From contig OX597818.1 of NCBI GenBank assembly GCA_951406725.2, positions 10,726,001 through 10,790,000 of the forward strand: 64,000 nt of DNA. Direction: 5' to 3'. This document shows, piece after piece, positions 51,171 through 64,000 of this stretch. Made by a program: the position numbers and the translations under genes. Numbering within the stretch: the stretch's first letter is position 1; every line of letters begins with the position of its first letter. The notes under the pieces are model-generated. The model did not search any database. It saw nothing but the letters and a program-made list of their open reading frames with translations, and had not been told where the DNA came from. The DNA comes from Octopus vulgaris (lineage: Eukaryota).

Positions 51171-52319
51171 TGTGTATGTGCATATGTGCATGTAAGTGTG
51201 CTTGCTCACTTCTGCAATCACTTGCACAAATGTGCTGCACATAGTGTTGTTGTCAGTTTTTTTCTGTCAATGAATCATTTCGCTACTTCTTGTCTTTGAA
51301 GCCATGTGAAATGACTGATCCCTTATTTGTAAAAAAACCAGGAAGGTTTAATGTCAGAAAAGGGCATCTGGCTGTGAAACAATTTTCAAATAGCACATTC
51401 ATCCAACCCATGTTGGCAAAGAAAATCTACTAGATTTAAACAAACCAAATAAGGAATGGCTATATCAAGGACAACTAAGATTTCTGTTGGTCCTCATTAA
51501 ATAGATATGATCAAAGACTTGTGAAAGGTCTTTCCCCTTCCCTTTCCCTAACTCCACAGCATCTTTTTACACACATACACAAATACTTTTATTATAGGAG
51601 TTTGGTTGGTGTTGGAGGAGGGTGGTTTACATGGAATATGAGATAGGATATTCGGGTGGCAGGTGTGTTAAATGGGAATATATAGTGATTGTGTAGGAGG
51701 TATATAAAAGAATGGTTGTTGTGCGATGGAGATGCATGGATGAGTGGTGGTGGTGGCAGCAGTGAAGATGATGGCTGCAGCAGCAGTAGCAGCAGTAGCA
51801 GTGACTGTATCGCCAATGCTGCTGCTGCTGGTTGTAAATTACTGGGCATTAATAGAATGTTGTTATTGGTATTGAATGAGGTGTCAGCTATTGTAAGTGG
51901 TTAGTGATGAAATAGGTGACGGAGGTGGTAGTGGTGGAGGTGGCCATCATGGTTGTGATGGTTGTCATATAGTAAATAGTTGTGATTGGGATAATGTTAA
52001 TAACAGATGTGATACCATTGTGATATTAGTGTCAAGTCATGCTGTTTATATATTAGTAGTAGTTGTTATAATTTAGCTGCAGGTCTCCTATGATCAAAAG
52101 CATTCCAGCCATGACAGTCCCTTTTGCTTTTGTCTCAAATACCATCTACCAAGAACTATATAATCTAATGTATTGTTCTTTTTCATTTTTCTAAGATTAG
52201 CATGTGCGATATGAAGGAGATTTGGCTATAAGTAGCAGGTCGAGTGACTGTAAGACGTCTGGGATTTTGAAGGTAGTGATTAATGGTTGTGTATATAATG
52301 TTGTTAATATGATAATAGG

Positions 52320-52785
52320 TGTAAGAATGGAGGTGGTAGTTTTTGTGTTGGTGGTCAAGATAGCAAAAGTGTTCTTAATATGGTAGTAGTAGTAGTAGTA
52401 GTAGTACTTTTAGTAGTGGCTGTAGAGGTTGTAGTACTGTTGCTATGGTAATGGTGATAGTCATCATGAGATTTTGGCGACAAAAGTATCTGCAGTAAGT
52501 AGCATGGTGGTGGTGGTGGTGGTGGCAGTGGTCGAGGCAACGGTAGTGGCTGTGGTTGGGGCAGTGGTGGTGGCAGTGGTGAAGCCAGTGATAGTGGTGG
52601 TGGTGGTGGTGGTGGTGGTGGTGGTGGTGGTGGTGGTGGTGAAGGTGGTAGTGGTGGTACTGCTGCTGATGATGATGATGATGATGATGGCAGTGGTGGT
52701 GATGGCGACAACGGCAGTGATGGTGACAGTGGTGGTGGTGGTGGTGGTGGTGGTGGTGGTGGTGGTGGTTTGTCATGATTGTTGT
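52320..52785. repeat. (GTG)n/(GTA)n/(GAT)n low-complexity tract
   Basis: Directly visible; explains the poly-Pro/His/Val ORFs. Confidence 0.95.
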
Positions 52786-53499
52786 TGACGTTTAACCACA
52801 AGCAAGCAGGCCTATGATCAAAGGCATTCCAAACCATCCTGTCTTGGTCTATGTGTTAGGAACTCAGGGCCACTACAACCAATGTGTTTATTCCCTTTTT
52901 AAGACAGTAAGGGTGTGATTTGAGATTTGGCTGTTCTTTCTAGCAGCTCAGCGAATAAGTGGAGGCTCCCTGACTGATTTGTTATTAATAGTAGTGATAC
53001 TGTTGGTGATAGTGGTGACGGAGATTTAGTGGCAGTGGGAACGGAATTGAAAGGAATAGTGCTATTGGAAATCTTGTCATAAATATAAATGGTTTTAGTT
53101 GCTGGTTTGAGTGTGTTGTTGGTGGTGGTGGTGGTGGTGATGGATCTCTGAGAAGCAGTAGTATGTTGTTGATGATGATGATGATGATGTTAGCAGGATG
53201 AACAGTTATAGAGAATGAAGATGATGATGATTGTAAAATACGGTAGCATTGCATGGTGGTAGGAGGATTGATGGCCATTGTGGTGTTGTGGCATTGTGGT
53301 GCTCTGGTGCCAGTGGTGCCTCCAGCTCCAGTGGTGTCAGTGATGTGTTGTTGTGGGTGCAGGGAGTTATTTTGTGCCACTTTGGCTTGCAGCTGTGTCA
53401 GGAACTAATTCTATTCATAGAGAAGAGATAATGCAGTGACATGAAGTTTTAACATGAATTATTCATAGGAACTATCAACTGGCACTCAATAGTTCATTG

Positions 53500-54011
<512 letters not shown>

Positions 54012-54567
54012 CTGGTAAATATTAACAAATGTTACTGTTGATGAATTTCAGAAGTGCAACTCATAAGCAAGTTGGCCTAGGCCAGGAAAGTAAGTATAAA
54101 CCTGTATAAAATCAACCAAGTACCATGGCAACAGGTGGTATCACATTTTTTTAACATGACCTGACATAGACTAAACCATTTCTCTGCCTCCCTTTCTCTA
54201 CAGTTTCCCTTGTTTTAGTTTCTGAGAAAGAGCTTTTGCTTGAAACATCAAAGACACTACTTCTTACTTTCCTCTTATGATATATAAAACTAATGATTAC
54301 ACTTTGTTTTAACATTGTTGTCTGTATTGCTTTGAATATTTATCTTCTTTCTCCCTCACTCTCTCACCATATCTCATTCTGTGAATCTTTCAACAATCTA
54401 TTTATCTAATCTACTTCACTGTATAGTACTTGTTCTTTCTCATTCAAATCTCCCAACACAGCCACTGCTTTCTCCTTCCATGATGAGAGACAGAGAAACC
54501 AACCAATAAAAGTGGCTGACATACAGCTTAGTTTAACATATGTACACACACACACATATATATATAT

Positions 54568-55668
54568 ACAAGAAGTCATTAACAGCAGACATGACGTTGT
54601 CATATTGGGAACAAATGATAGACAGATGAGGCCAAATCAGGAGAATAGAAATGGTTATAGACTAATTCAAAGCCACAGTTATGCACAGCAGCCAATGAAA
54701 ACAAGGACTTGTGTGGTGGTACAGTGTCCTGATAAAACAAGACCTCTTACATCAGTTTTCCTGGGTGTTTGGTCTTGATAACCTTTTGTAACTGCCTCAG
54801 CAAGTTGGCATAATACTCTCCATTGATGGTGGGGGCCCTTTTGAAGATAGTCAATAAAGATAATGTCTTTTGCATCCAAAAAAAGACTGAGGCTATTACC
54901 TTTTCTGCAGATGAAATGACCTTGACCTTCTTTGGAGCAGGTGATAAGGGATGTTTCTGCTGCATGGATTGCTACTTTGTCTCTAGCTCAAAGTGATGAA
55001 TCCAACACTTAATCTAAGTTAGGAAACATTCAAGGGAACCAACTGGATCTGCCTCAAACCATGTCAGATTTATTTGCGATGTGATCAGTCTGATGTGCTT
55101 TTGATCAAGTGTCAGAAGACGTGGCACCCACCAAGCAGAAACATTTGTCATACCAAGTTCATAGTACAGAATATTCTCCACTATTTCACAGGAAGTGCTA
55201 ATAGCATCATTGACTATTTGATTTATAGTCAATCATCTGTCACCTATCACCATGTGGTGAACACAATCAATGTTTCCTTTGGTGGTGGCAGATGCAAGAC
55301 ATCCACACCTTGGGTCTTCTTCCAGACTCTCCCTTTTCCTCCTAAATCGAGCTTCCCACCTTTGCACTGTTGATAAAGCTGGAACATTATCACCTAATAT
55401 AGCAACCATATCAACATGAGTGTCCTTGGGACCTTAAACCCTTCTTCTACAGGTACTTGATAACACCATGATGCAAAATTTTGCCCATTCTCAAGAGAAT
55501 TCTCTGCTAGTTATTTTAGAAGTCTTCTGTGAACTGTCAGATTTCAGTTTACCTGGAAAGAAACAATACAGTTATTAATAAGAAAAGTTGAAATTAATGC
55601 ATACAAGATTTTACAACTCTAGTATGACTCCTTCATAGTCAGCCTATGAACTTTTCAGCCTACACTCG
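54568..55668 (-). mobile_element. Decayed mariner transposon, 3' end lost
   Basis: One TIR GTCAGCCTATGAACTTTTCAGCCTACACTCG-TA. Peptides AWWVPRLL, SPAPKK..SAEKVIASVFFW, TINGEYYANLL and GFELVYNHFYSPDLASSVYHLF. Confidence 0.9.
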
Positions 55669-55729
55669 TATGTATGTGTGTATGCATTGTATGTATGTAT
55701 GTATGTATGTATGTATGTATGTATGTATG

Positions 55730-55775
<46 letters not shown>

Positions 55776-55876
55776 TATACATGTGTGTGTATATCTATCT
55801 ATCTACCAATCTATCTATCTGTCCATACATACATACATATATATAGATCGATGGATGAATAGCTGGATGGACTGAT

Positions 55877-55909
<33 letters not shown>

Positions 55910-56353
55910 TTATTGCTGTTGAATATATTTAGAGAATGTAAACCCCAAATTCTCACCAAAGCTGCTTCAGTAACAGAAAGGCCAATTTTCTGTTCATTAA
56001 CCTTTATTAGTTTCCACTTAATCATCGGTTTTTGCTGAGAAATAACATCATAGTGCTTATATAAGAAATGGTATTTATATTACACTTGAGTAGGATATTT
56101 TATATATTAGTGCTACTTTGACAGCTGTTGAAAATTCTGTTAACACAAAATACAAATTGGAAACTAAAAGTTCAGAATACCTATATATATTCATGTTTGA
56201 ATCATATGTTGACTTCCTGCAGATTGAGTGTTTAAGAGTATGGTCCATGTACATGGCGAAATGACTAAGTACTTGCTATGTACTTGTAGAAGTAATGAAA
56301 TAATGGAGCTAATAGACATGTATATGTGTGAGTGTGTGTGTGTGTGTATGTGA

Positions 56354-56392
<39 letters not shown>

Positions 56393-56613
56393 TGTGTGTG
56401 TAAATCAGCCGAAATTGCAAGGATGATCCAGTTTTTGACTGAAGATAAAAGGCTTCAAATGACTCGTCTGTGTTTTTTTGTATCGTCTATCTGAATGTTT
56501 TGTTGTCCCCTTTTGTATCACCTAGTTGTCCAGATGTTTTGCATTCTTGTCCCATTTTGTATTTTATTTTATATAAGCGGCGTATGTACACTTTGTTCTC
56601 TTATATATATATT

Positions 56614-56658
<45 letters not shown>

Positions 56659-56662
<4 letters not shown>

Positions 56663-56951
56663 AGGTGCAATGGCCCAGTGGTTAGGGCAGCAGACTCGCG
56701 GCTGTAGGATCCCGGTTTCGATTCCCAGACCGGGTGTTGTGAGTGTTTATTGAGCAAAAACACCTAAAAGCTCCATGAAGCTCCGGCAGGGGGTAGTGAT
56801 CCCTGCTGTACTCTTTCACCACTCTTTCTTCTGTTGGCCTGCTCACTTAGCCAGCGGGGTGGCGTCATTCGAAGGCTAAAACAATGCGAACGCATTGTGA
56901 TCAGCGATATGTAACAACATCTGATGGTCTGGTCGGTCACGTGGTCACGTG

Positions 56952-56952
<1 letters not shown>
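56659..56952 (+). mobile_element. Family D tRNA-SINE with tail type 3
   Basis: A box TGGCCCAGTGGT, B box GGTTTCGATTCC, body GAGTGTTTATTGAGCAAAAACACC; tail ends GGTCACGTGA. Confidence 0.88.
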
Positions 56953-56982
<30 letters not shown>

Positions 56983-57497
56983 CATGTAGTGGCAGATACC
57001 AGTGTCATGCAAATGGCACCCATGCTGGTGGTACATAAAAGCAGCCATAACACTCTCAGAGTGGTTGGTGTTAGGAAGGGCATCCAGTTGTAGAAACCAT
57101 GCCAAATCAGACTGGAGTTTGGTGCAGCCTCTCAGGTCATCAGACCTGGTCAAACTGTCCAACCCATGCCAGCATGTTTCTGTCTAATGGCCATCATCAG
57201 CTTAGTATAATTTACTGAAACTTGCTTTCATTCAGTTGATAGGTTTTTTATACTTAATTTTTTAACCAATTGAATTATAATAAAAGCATCGAATTGAACC
57301 AGTGTGTGTGTTATTAATATTGGCATAATGATCTCCCTAGACACAACAAGGTTTTGTTTTGGTTTTGTCTTTTTTCTTTAATAATAGAGGGTGTTTGAGC
57401 TAGTATAATTTGTATAATTAAAGATATATGAACTAAGAGAACTATCTCAAGTGGACCAATGAAATGAATGTAGATAAATTTATGTGTGCATATTTAC

Positions 57498-57536
<39 letters not shown>

Positions 57537-57641
57537 ATTCTATCTATCTGTCTATCCATCTATCCATCCATCCATCCATCCATCCGTCTGTCTGTTCGTC
57601 CGTCCATCCATCCATCAGTCCGTCCATTTACCCATCCAACC

Positions 57642-57711
<70 letters not shown>

Positions 57712-57770
57712 ATATCTATCTATCTATCTATCCATCCATCCATCTATCCATCCATCCACACAGACAGACA
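57498..57770. repeat. (TATC)n/(TCCA)n microsatellite
   Basis: Directly visible. Confidence 0.95.
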
Positions 57771-58354
57771 GATACTTACATATTCACGCATGGATATATA
57801 TTTATAAACAACATGAACACAAATGATCATAAATTCACTGCACAAATCTTGAATCTGATGATGATAAAACCTGCACACACACACACATCCCACTTACCAT
57901 TTCCATATATGTCGACTACATTCAGTAATGTGTTGTGGTAGATAAAGATGTAAGGTCCTTGACCCCCATCACCTTCTCACCACACTATCATCTCATGTAT
58001 GCTTTTCCAATAACATAATATCGTGATCCAATATCATATTCTAACACCAACTTTACTTTCATCTCTTTCAGCTAAGCAATATGGTTAAAATCTTAATTTA
58101 GGAACCAACCCCATGCTGGGTTATTTTTGTTGTTTAGCTTCATGCAGCCTTGAAGGCATTCCAGTCATGGCCATCCTACAATTTTTTTTTTCCTTTTTTG
58201 TTTTCTCAAACATATTGTATCTTTAATTACATTGTCAAATACAGCCTCCCCTACCCTTTTTGGAAGGAGGTGGGAACTGTAGATCATGACATGAGAAAGG
58301 CTTTGCTATACTTCCTAGCATCCACTCAGTAGCTTTCTTGCTGGTTGAAGTATC

Positions 58355-58697
58355 AAGTTATTATTCATCCCCACTTACTTAAACGTAAATGTTCTGTTAG
58401 AACAAACTATACAGTGGTAGTTATCATGAGAGAAACTCTCATATTGACTTTTAGAGCAAAATGTACTCTTGTTTACATTGCTAGTGAGGACATAACTCCC
58501 CCACTACCTCCAGCACCAAGAACATCAGATTACGAGATTCTAGCAGGAGGTAGTGGGCATTTATCTCCCTTCTAGCAATATAAACAAGAATGCATTTTGT
58601 ACCAAAAAGCCAATATGAGAGTTTCTCTCATGGTATCTACCACAGTATAGTTTGTTCTAACTGAACATCCATGTTTAAGTGGGTATAAATATTACTT
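58355..58697. mobile_element. ~340-bp foldback (palindromic) element / MITE
   Basis: Arms of ~160 bp are reverse complements (GTTAGAACAAACTATAC / GTATAGTTTGTTCTAAC; CATGAGAGAAACTCTCATATTG / CAATATGAGAGTTTCTCTCATG; CCCACTACCTCC / GGAGGTAGTGGG), with a short central loop near 58520-58535. Confidence 0.9.
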
Positions 58698-60055
58698 CTT
58701 GGGAATAATACTGTCATTGTCGCTAATATATATTTTTATCAAGTTATTGTTCCTCTTGTTTAGCCACTGGTCACTTATAATTTGAAATTACTATTTCATT
58801 CATCTTTCAGACAAGATGATAGGGTGTAACTTGATGTTTCTTATAACTGTTATTTCTGGGAGCTCATGTGATCATGAATGGAATTCTTCTTCATTATGTT
58901 TTACACTACTGATATTTGTTTATTACTGCTGGATTGTTACACTGAAACACCAGTGACAGTGGTAGTGGTGTCAATTCAGAGGTGATAATATTAACAGTCT
59001 AAAGCAGTGAAGAGGAATTCCTTACATTATAACACAAAATCCCCTCTTCCATTATGCTTCTTTAGCCACCATCACTCCACAACAACATCCACCACCTTTA
59101 CCACTTCTGCATCCAGTTATATTGTAGGTTAACCGTACTACATTGTTATGGACTCCAGCATACCATAATAGTTATTAAAAAGAGAAAAAAACCACCTTAC
59201 CGCTACAGATATCAACACTGCATAAAAACAACCAAATTTCCCTGTAAATAATACACCTTACCATCATAGAAAAGGGCTCCATTGGACAAGTGGGGACTGG
59301 ATTCCCTGCATGAAAATGACAGGATATTCATATCTTGAATGACTTTGAGTCTGCTCAATCAGAGCTGACTTGGGACAGAACAACAAGGAGTTAGCCTCTA
59401 CTTACATGGTTACTCATCCTACTAAAGATAGCAACTAAATCTCAGCTTTCACTCTTCCCGACCATCTTAGCAAGAGACACATTGGATAATGTAATCCAGG
59501 GTACCTTGCTGAAAAAAGATAGTGTGGCTGGAATGCCTTTAGTATAGGTCTGCTTAAGCTGGGTTGATCTGGAGCTAATCAATGTCATCATCAATGACAC
59601 CACATCAGCTGCAGTCAGTCATAAGCATTACTCTGTAGTCACCACAACATTGTAGTCATGACTACACCACTACCATCACTGTCATCACTCCTTTACATTC
59701 TTCCTCCACCACACAATTAATTACAGCTCCTCACATATCACTTCAGGCCCCCACTTCATCACATCACTACAACCACGACCACCATCTTAAATGATCCAAT
59801 ATTTCCTTACTTTTCTTAAATCTTCAAATAACAATGATCCTAGCATATTCATCTATCCATCTCTCACTACCCAGCTTTACTCCTTCCTCTCCCATATTCC
59901 CTTAAACTTTCTCCATTCCTGCTGAATAGACATGATTCCCTCCTTACCTCTTCTGCTCTCCTATGATCAAAAATTAATTATTCAATAACCTGCTTGCTCT
60001 TCATTCTTCATTCCTTTCCTAATATTCTCAGTACAGTCCCTCCCTCCCTCCCTCT

Positions 60056-60103
<48 letters not shown>

Positions 60104-60368
60104 ACATACATACATACACACATACACTCTCTCACACACACACACTCTCACACACATGCATGCAAATACACATATCTTCTAGTTGATCCAAGATTTTCAA
60201 TTCACTATTTTTCATATGTATGGCCCTACTGTACCTCTCTATATATCTGTCTTGCTCTTTCTTTCACCCTCTGTTAACTCTTCATAGATCCTACTTTTCA
60301 CTTTCTCTCCTCCCCCTCTCTCTCTCTCTCTCTTTCTCTCTCTATATACACACACACACACACACACA

Positions 60369-60408
<40 letters not shown>

Positions 60409-61480
60409 CCTTTCTCTCTCTTGCTTGTTTATCTTTACTCTTGACTTCCTCCTCACTCCATATGATTTATCACTCACTCTCTTTCTCCTCTCTCTGTTTG
60501 TTTCCTCCCCCCTCTCTCATGCTATTATTGCTCAGAATACACTGATTTCTGTTCATTACAGTGTAAAATATTTATGGCTTAATGTTCTCAAATTAACATT
60601 TATCCTCCCTCCCTCTCTCCACCCTCCTTTTTACCATTTCCCTAATTTGGTTTCATTTTAAGAACTCGAAATGTCCTGCGGGTGGTAGGGCTAGGTTGGA
60701 AAGAGGAGGAAACAGGATTGTGTTGTAATTCAAATAAATATTTTTACTTGATAACAAATTGGAAATAAATAAATAAATAAATAAAACCATTTTTCGTAGT
60801 TTATTGGAATTGAATTATTCTTTTAGTAATTCTCTGGAATTCAATCTTTGATTTGACTTGGAAATTCCGTGAGGTGCAATGGAAAGAAAGATAGCACAGT
60901 GCTATATCTTTGAGATAGGGATATACACATGCATACACACACACACACACACACACGTATGTTTAGTTGTCTGCATATATGTGTGTGTATATATATATAT
61001 ATGTATGTATACATGCATTTGGTTATAGAGCTAGATGTGCTCAAATGAATTTGAATTCAAACTCCAAATTCTTCGTCCAAGACTTGGCCTACGGTGTCAC
61101 AAGTGGCTATAAGAGAAATTCAAGGTGAGCTGATTTGGAAATAGTAATGCAGAAAAACAGAATTAAGCTTGACAGAACTATGTGTGTGTGTGTATATATA
61201 TATATATATAAATCCTTAAAAAATATATATATATAATTTAAATAATGAGGGTGATAAATTGAATTTAAATTTAAATTTTTATTTAAATTTTAAATAATTA
61301 AGTTCTCTAACCAGCAACATTAACTGCAGGGAATTATCTACAGCGGAACTGTTTCCGGGATTTGATGCACCAGAACTTAGACATTTGAAAATAACCCCAA
61401 TGTAATCGGTAGAATTATACACGTGTCTAATTTTATGAGGACAACTCGTGTATAGTTCTATAAATTATATTGAATTGGAA

Positions 61481-61553
61481 TGATCGTACTGAAGAGTCCA
61501 CAGACGATGATTATGTAAGTAAAATCGTTAATGACAAAACCAGTCTACGATTA
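61481..61553 (+). ncRNA. Decayed type I hammerhead ribozyme motif within a (TA)n-embedded Penelope-like element (~61232-61706)
   Basis: TGATCGTA-CTGAAGA-GTC...(GACGAT/ATCGTT)...GAC-AAAA-CCAG-TC-TACGATTA. Stem I is 8 bp; GAAA and CCGG each carry a CpG-type G>A change. Confidence 0.6.
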
Positions 61554-62477
61554 ATTCTGTATTTTGTATATTTTCATCTGTCTTACCCGCTTATGTTCTG
61601 GTGTTTGCTGAATTTCTCTAGAGAACATTCTTTTCTTTGTGGTTAGATCGTAGATGATCTTCTTCTAGCATATTGGATGTTCACTTAGTGGTCATCTCTT
61701 ATTATACGCATGTATATATATGAAGAGAGAGAAAGAGATTAGACAGATAGATATGCACACACACACACACACACAGAGGGAGTGGGACAAAAGAGGTTCT
61801 TGCCTTGGTCATCTTGTCTTTTTACTGATATTTAAGACAACATTATCTAATGAGTCCTTTCTTTATGTTTAATGGTAGGGCATGCTCTGATGAACAAATA
61901 TATAGAGGCACCCTGAATGGTTGAGGTCATTTTTCATTTTTCCACCTTTTTACTGTTATGTTTATCTTTCATATATTAGCGATATCTTTATACACAAGCC
62001 TATTTCCATCTATTTACTCCCAACTATTGCTCTAACTTCATTATACAGATACCTTCATCTCCAGCCTTTTTTTGCACTGATTTCTCCTTTATATATACAC
62101 CATTTTTCTTCTCAAGATATCTTTCTTAGACATGGTCTTCTGTGCTCTGCTGAGATGTGATGTTTTGTGATGTCTCAGAGTTGTAATATATTTCTTATCC
62201 CTACATCAGCCCTGGTCAAGATTACTGTTTTGACATTGAATGTCTTAGACTACATTAACCTATATTCCTTTCCCTTTGCAAGACAAAGTGTTATCTGAGG
62301 GGAATTTCACCACTATTTCTAGCGGGTAGGTTGAGCAACCAGGTAAAGCTTTCACATTGCCATTTTTTTTACCTTTTTATAGTATATATCATCAATATAT
62401 CATGAGAGACACATTTGATACAGATGATCAGTGTTCATTTCAAGTTGATCTACAAAAAAAAAAAAAACAAAAAAAAC

Positions 62478-62797
62478 TGGTACTCGGTCAGTTATGACAA
62501 CGAGGGTTCCAGTTGATCCGAACAATGAAACAGCCTGCTTGTGAAATAAACATGCAGGTGGCTGATCACTCCACAGACCTGCATACACTTAATGTAATTC
62601 TCTGGGTGATTCAGTGTCACACAGAATGTGACAAGGCCAGTCCTTTGAAATACAGGTACTACTCATTTTTGCCAGCTGAGTGGGCTGGAACAACATGAAA
62701 TAAAGTGTCCTGCTCATAGATACAATGTACTGCCAGGCTACAAACTCATGAGCTTACGATCTTGAGCCAAATACCCTAACCACTTAGCCACATGCCT
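62478..62797 (-). mobile_element. Family C-type SINE with tail 2
   Basis: Colinear with 48320-48608. Confidence 0.85.
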
Positions 62798-63029
62798 TTG
62801 ATCTATATACACATACGCACACATGCATGGACATACATATGTATATTCAGATTTAATATAAGCTAAGATATGTCTGTGTGGTTAAGAAGACGGGTGCAGG
62901 TATGGCTTCTTAACCATGCAGCCATGAGTAGATAGAAATTGGTCAGAAACCCATCACTTGAACTGAATCTGTAATTCAAAAGTCTAGATTTGTTACACAT
63001 TGTATGAAGAGAACTGGCCCCGAAGAGCC

Positions 63030-63230
63030 CTGTGCTACTGCCATGTAAAAAGCTCCCAACACACACTGTAAAGTGGTTGGCATTAAGAAGGGCATCTGGC
63101 TATAGAAACCAGGCCAAATCAGACTGGAACCTGGTGCAGCTCTCTCACTTGCCAGCTCTGGTCAAACCATCCAACCCATGCCGGCATTGAAAACAGATGT
63201 TAAAAGATGATGATGATGGTGGTGGTGATG
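63030..63230 (+). mobile_element. Family E element
   Basis: CACACTGTAAAGTGGTTGGCATTAAGAAGGGCATC...CCAACCCATGCCGGCATTGAAAACAGATGTTAAAA(GAT)n. Confidence 0.8.
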
Positions 63231-64000
63231 ATGTCATGCTGATTCTATTTAAGGATTATGCTATGGGTATGCTTGTCTTTGGAATACTCTGCCACTTAAA
63301 TATACATTGGTTAACAACTGGAATAATTATAGTTGAAACCGACTGAGGAGCCATTTATGTTCCAGGCTGAATGCACACATGCATGTATCTGTATGTCTGT
63401 ATGCATGTGCACTGCATACTTGTATGTGTACTCATAGGCTGGAGTAGGGTCTTTTTGCATGTGAATGTATGTATATTTGTATTCATGAATCTGTCCGTCC
63501 GTACGTATGTATGTACGCACGTGTGTACGTACATATATATGTGATTGTTTCACCCCAATTTAATTCTGAATGAACAGATCCTGTTATGAAAGGTATTCCA
63601 CCCCCAATCATGCTGTCTTTTATTCAGACAGAGTGTATCTAAAACTACTTTTTCTAATATATTCTTGCTCTTTTCAGATAGTGGGTTTGAGGAAGATTTG
63701 TCCGCTTAGTTCTTCTACAAGATCAATCCACAACATAGGGATTTCATAGTTTTGGATGGTGTATATTTGTGCGTGGGTATGTTTCTATGTGCATGACTGT
63801 TCGTGACCGCATGCTTGTATACATTTGTAAGTACGTGTACGTGTACATGTATGTATGTGTACGTGCATATGTGTGTAGATGCAGTATGTTTGAGAAGCAT
63901 GTACCAGTTGTGAAGTGTCGATAGGCAAAGCTGTAGTTGATATTTATAATCATGCCTGTGATGTCGGCACTGGCAACTGGTTCTACGTACAGGAACCAGA

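Noticed and set aside
52355-52837. Poly-Pro / poly-His proteins
   Set aside because: Trinucleotide low-complexity tract, open in several frames on both strands.

Overview
AT-rich eukaryotic non-coding DNA, most likely octopus (coleoid cephalopod). This is inferred from dense (TA)n/(CA)n/(AAT)n/(TATC)n microsatellites and several recurrent tRNA-derived SINE families of the octopus type. I recognise no host protein-coding gene, and nearly all short ORFs in the track are microsatellite or repeat artefacts. The only long coding sequence is a young, 5'-truncated RTE-clade LINE (5776-9117). It encodes an AP endonuclease and RT with one 1-bp frameshift, carries a C4HC3 PHD-like finger inside the RT, and has a structured 61-bp tandem array in its 3' UTR. 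The rest comprises SINEs, mariner/Tc1 relics, piggyBac-type MITEs, two ~340-bp foldback palindromes, RLE-type retrotransposon ends in microsatellites and Penelope-like pieces with decayed hammerhead ribozymes. The most interesting signals are (i) a textbook recursive-splicing (ratchet) site, branch point + polypyrimidine tract + AG|GTAAGT, at 4445-4484, suggesting a very long + strand intron; (ii) a CRISPR-looking array of 48-bp units with (TG)n spacers that is best read as reiterated 3' ends of an RLE retrotransposon; (iii) the PHD-in-RT LINE; and (iv) the hammerhead relics. All annotation is by eye, SINE family labels A-F are my own, and boundaries of old repeats are approximate.
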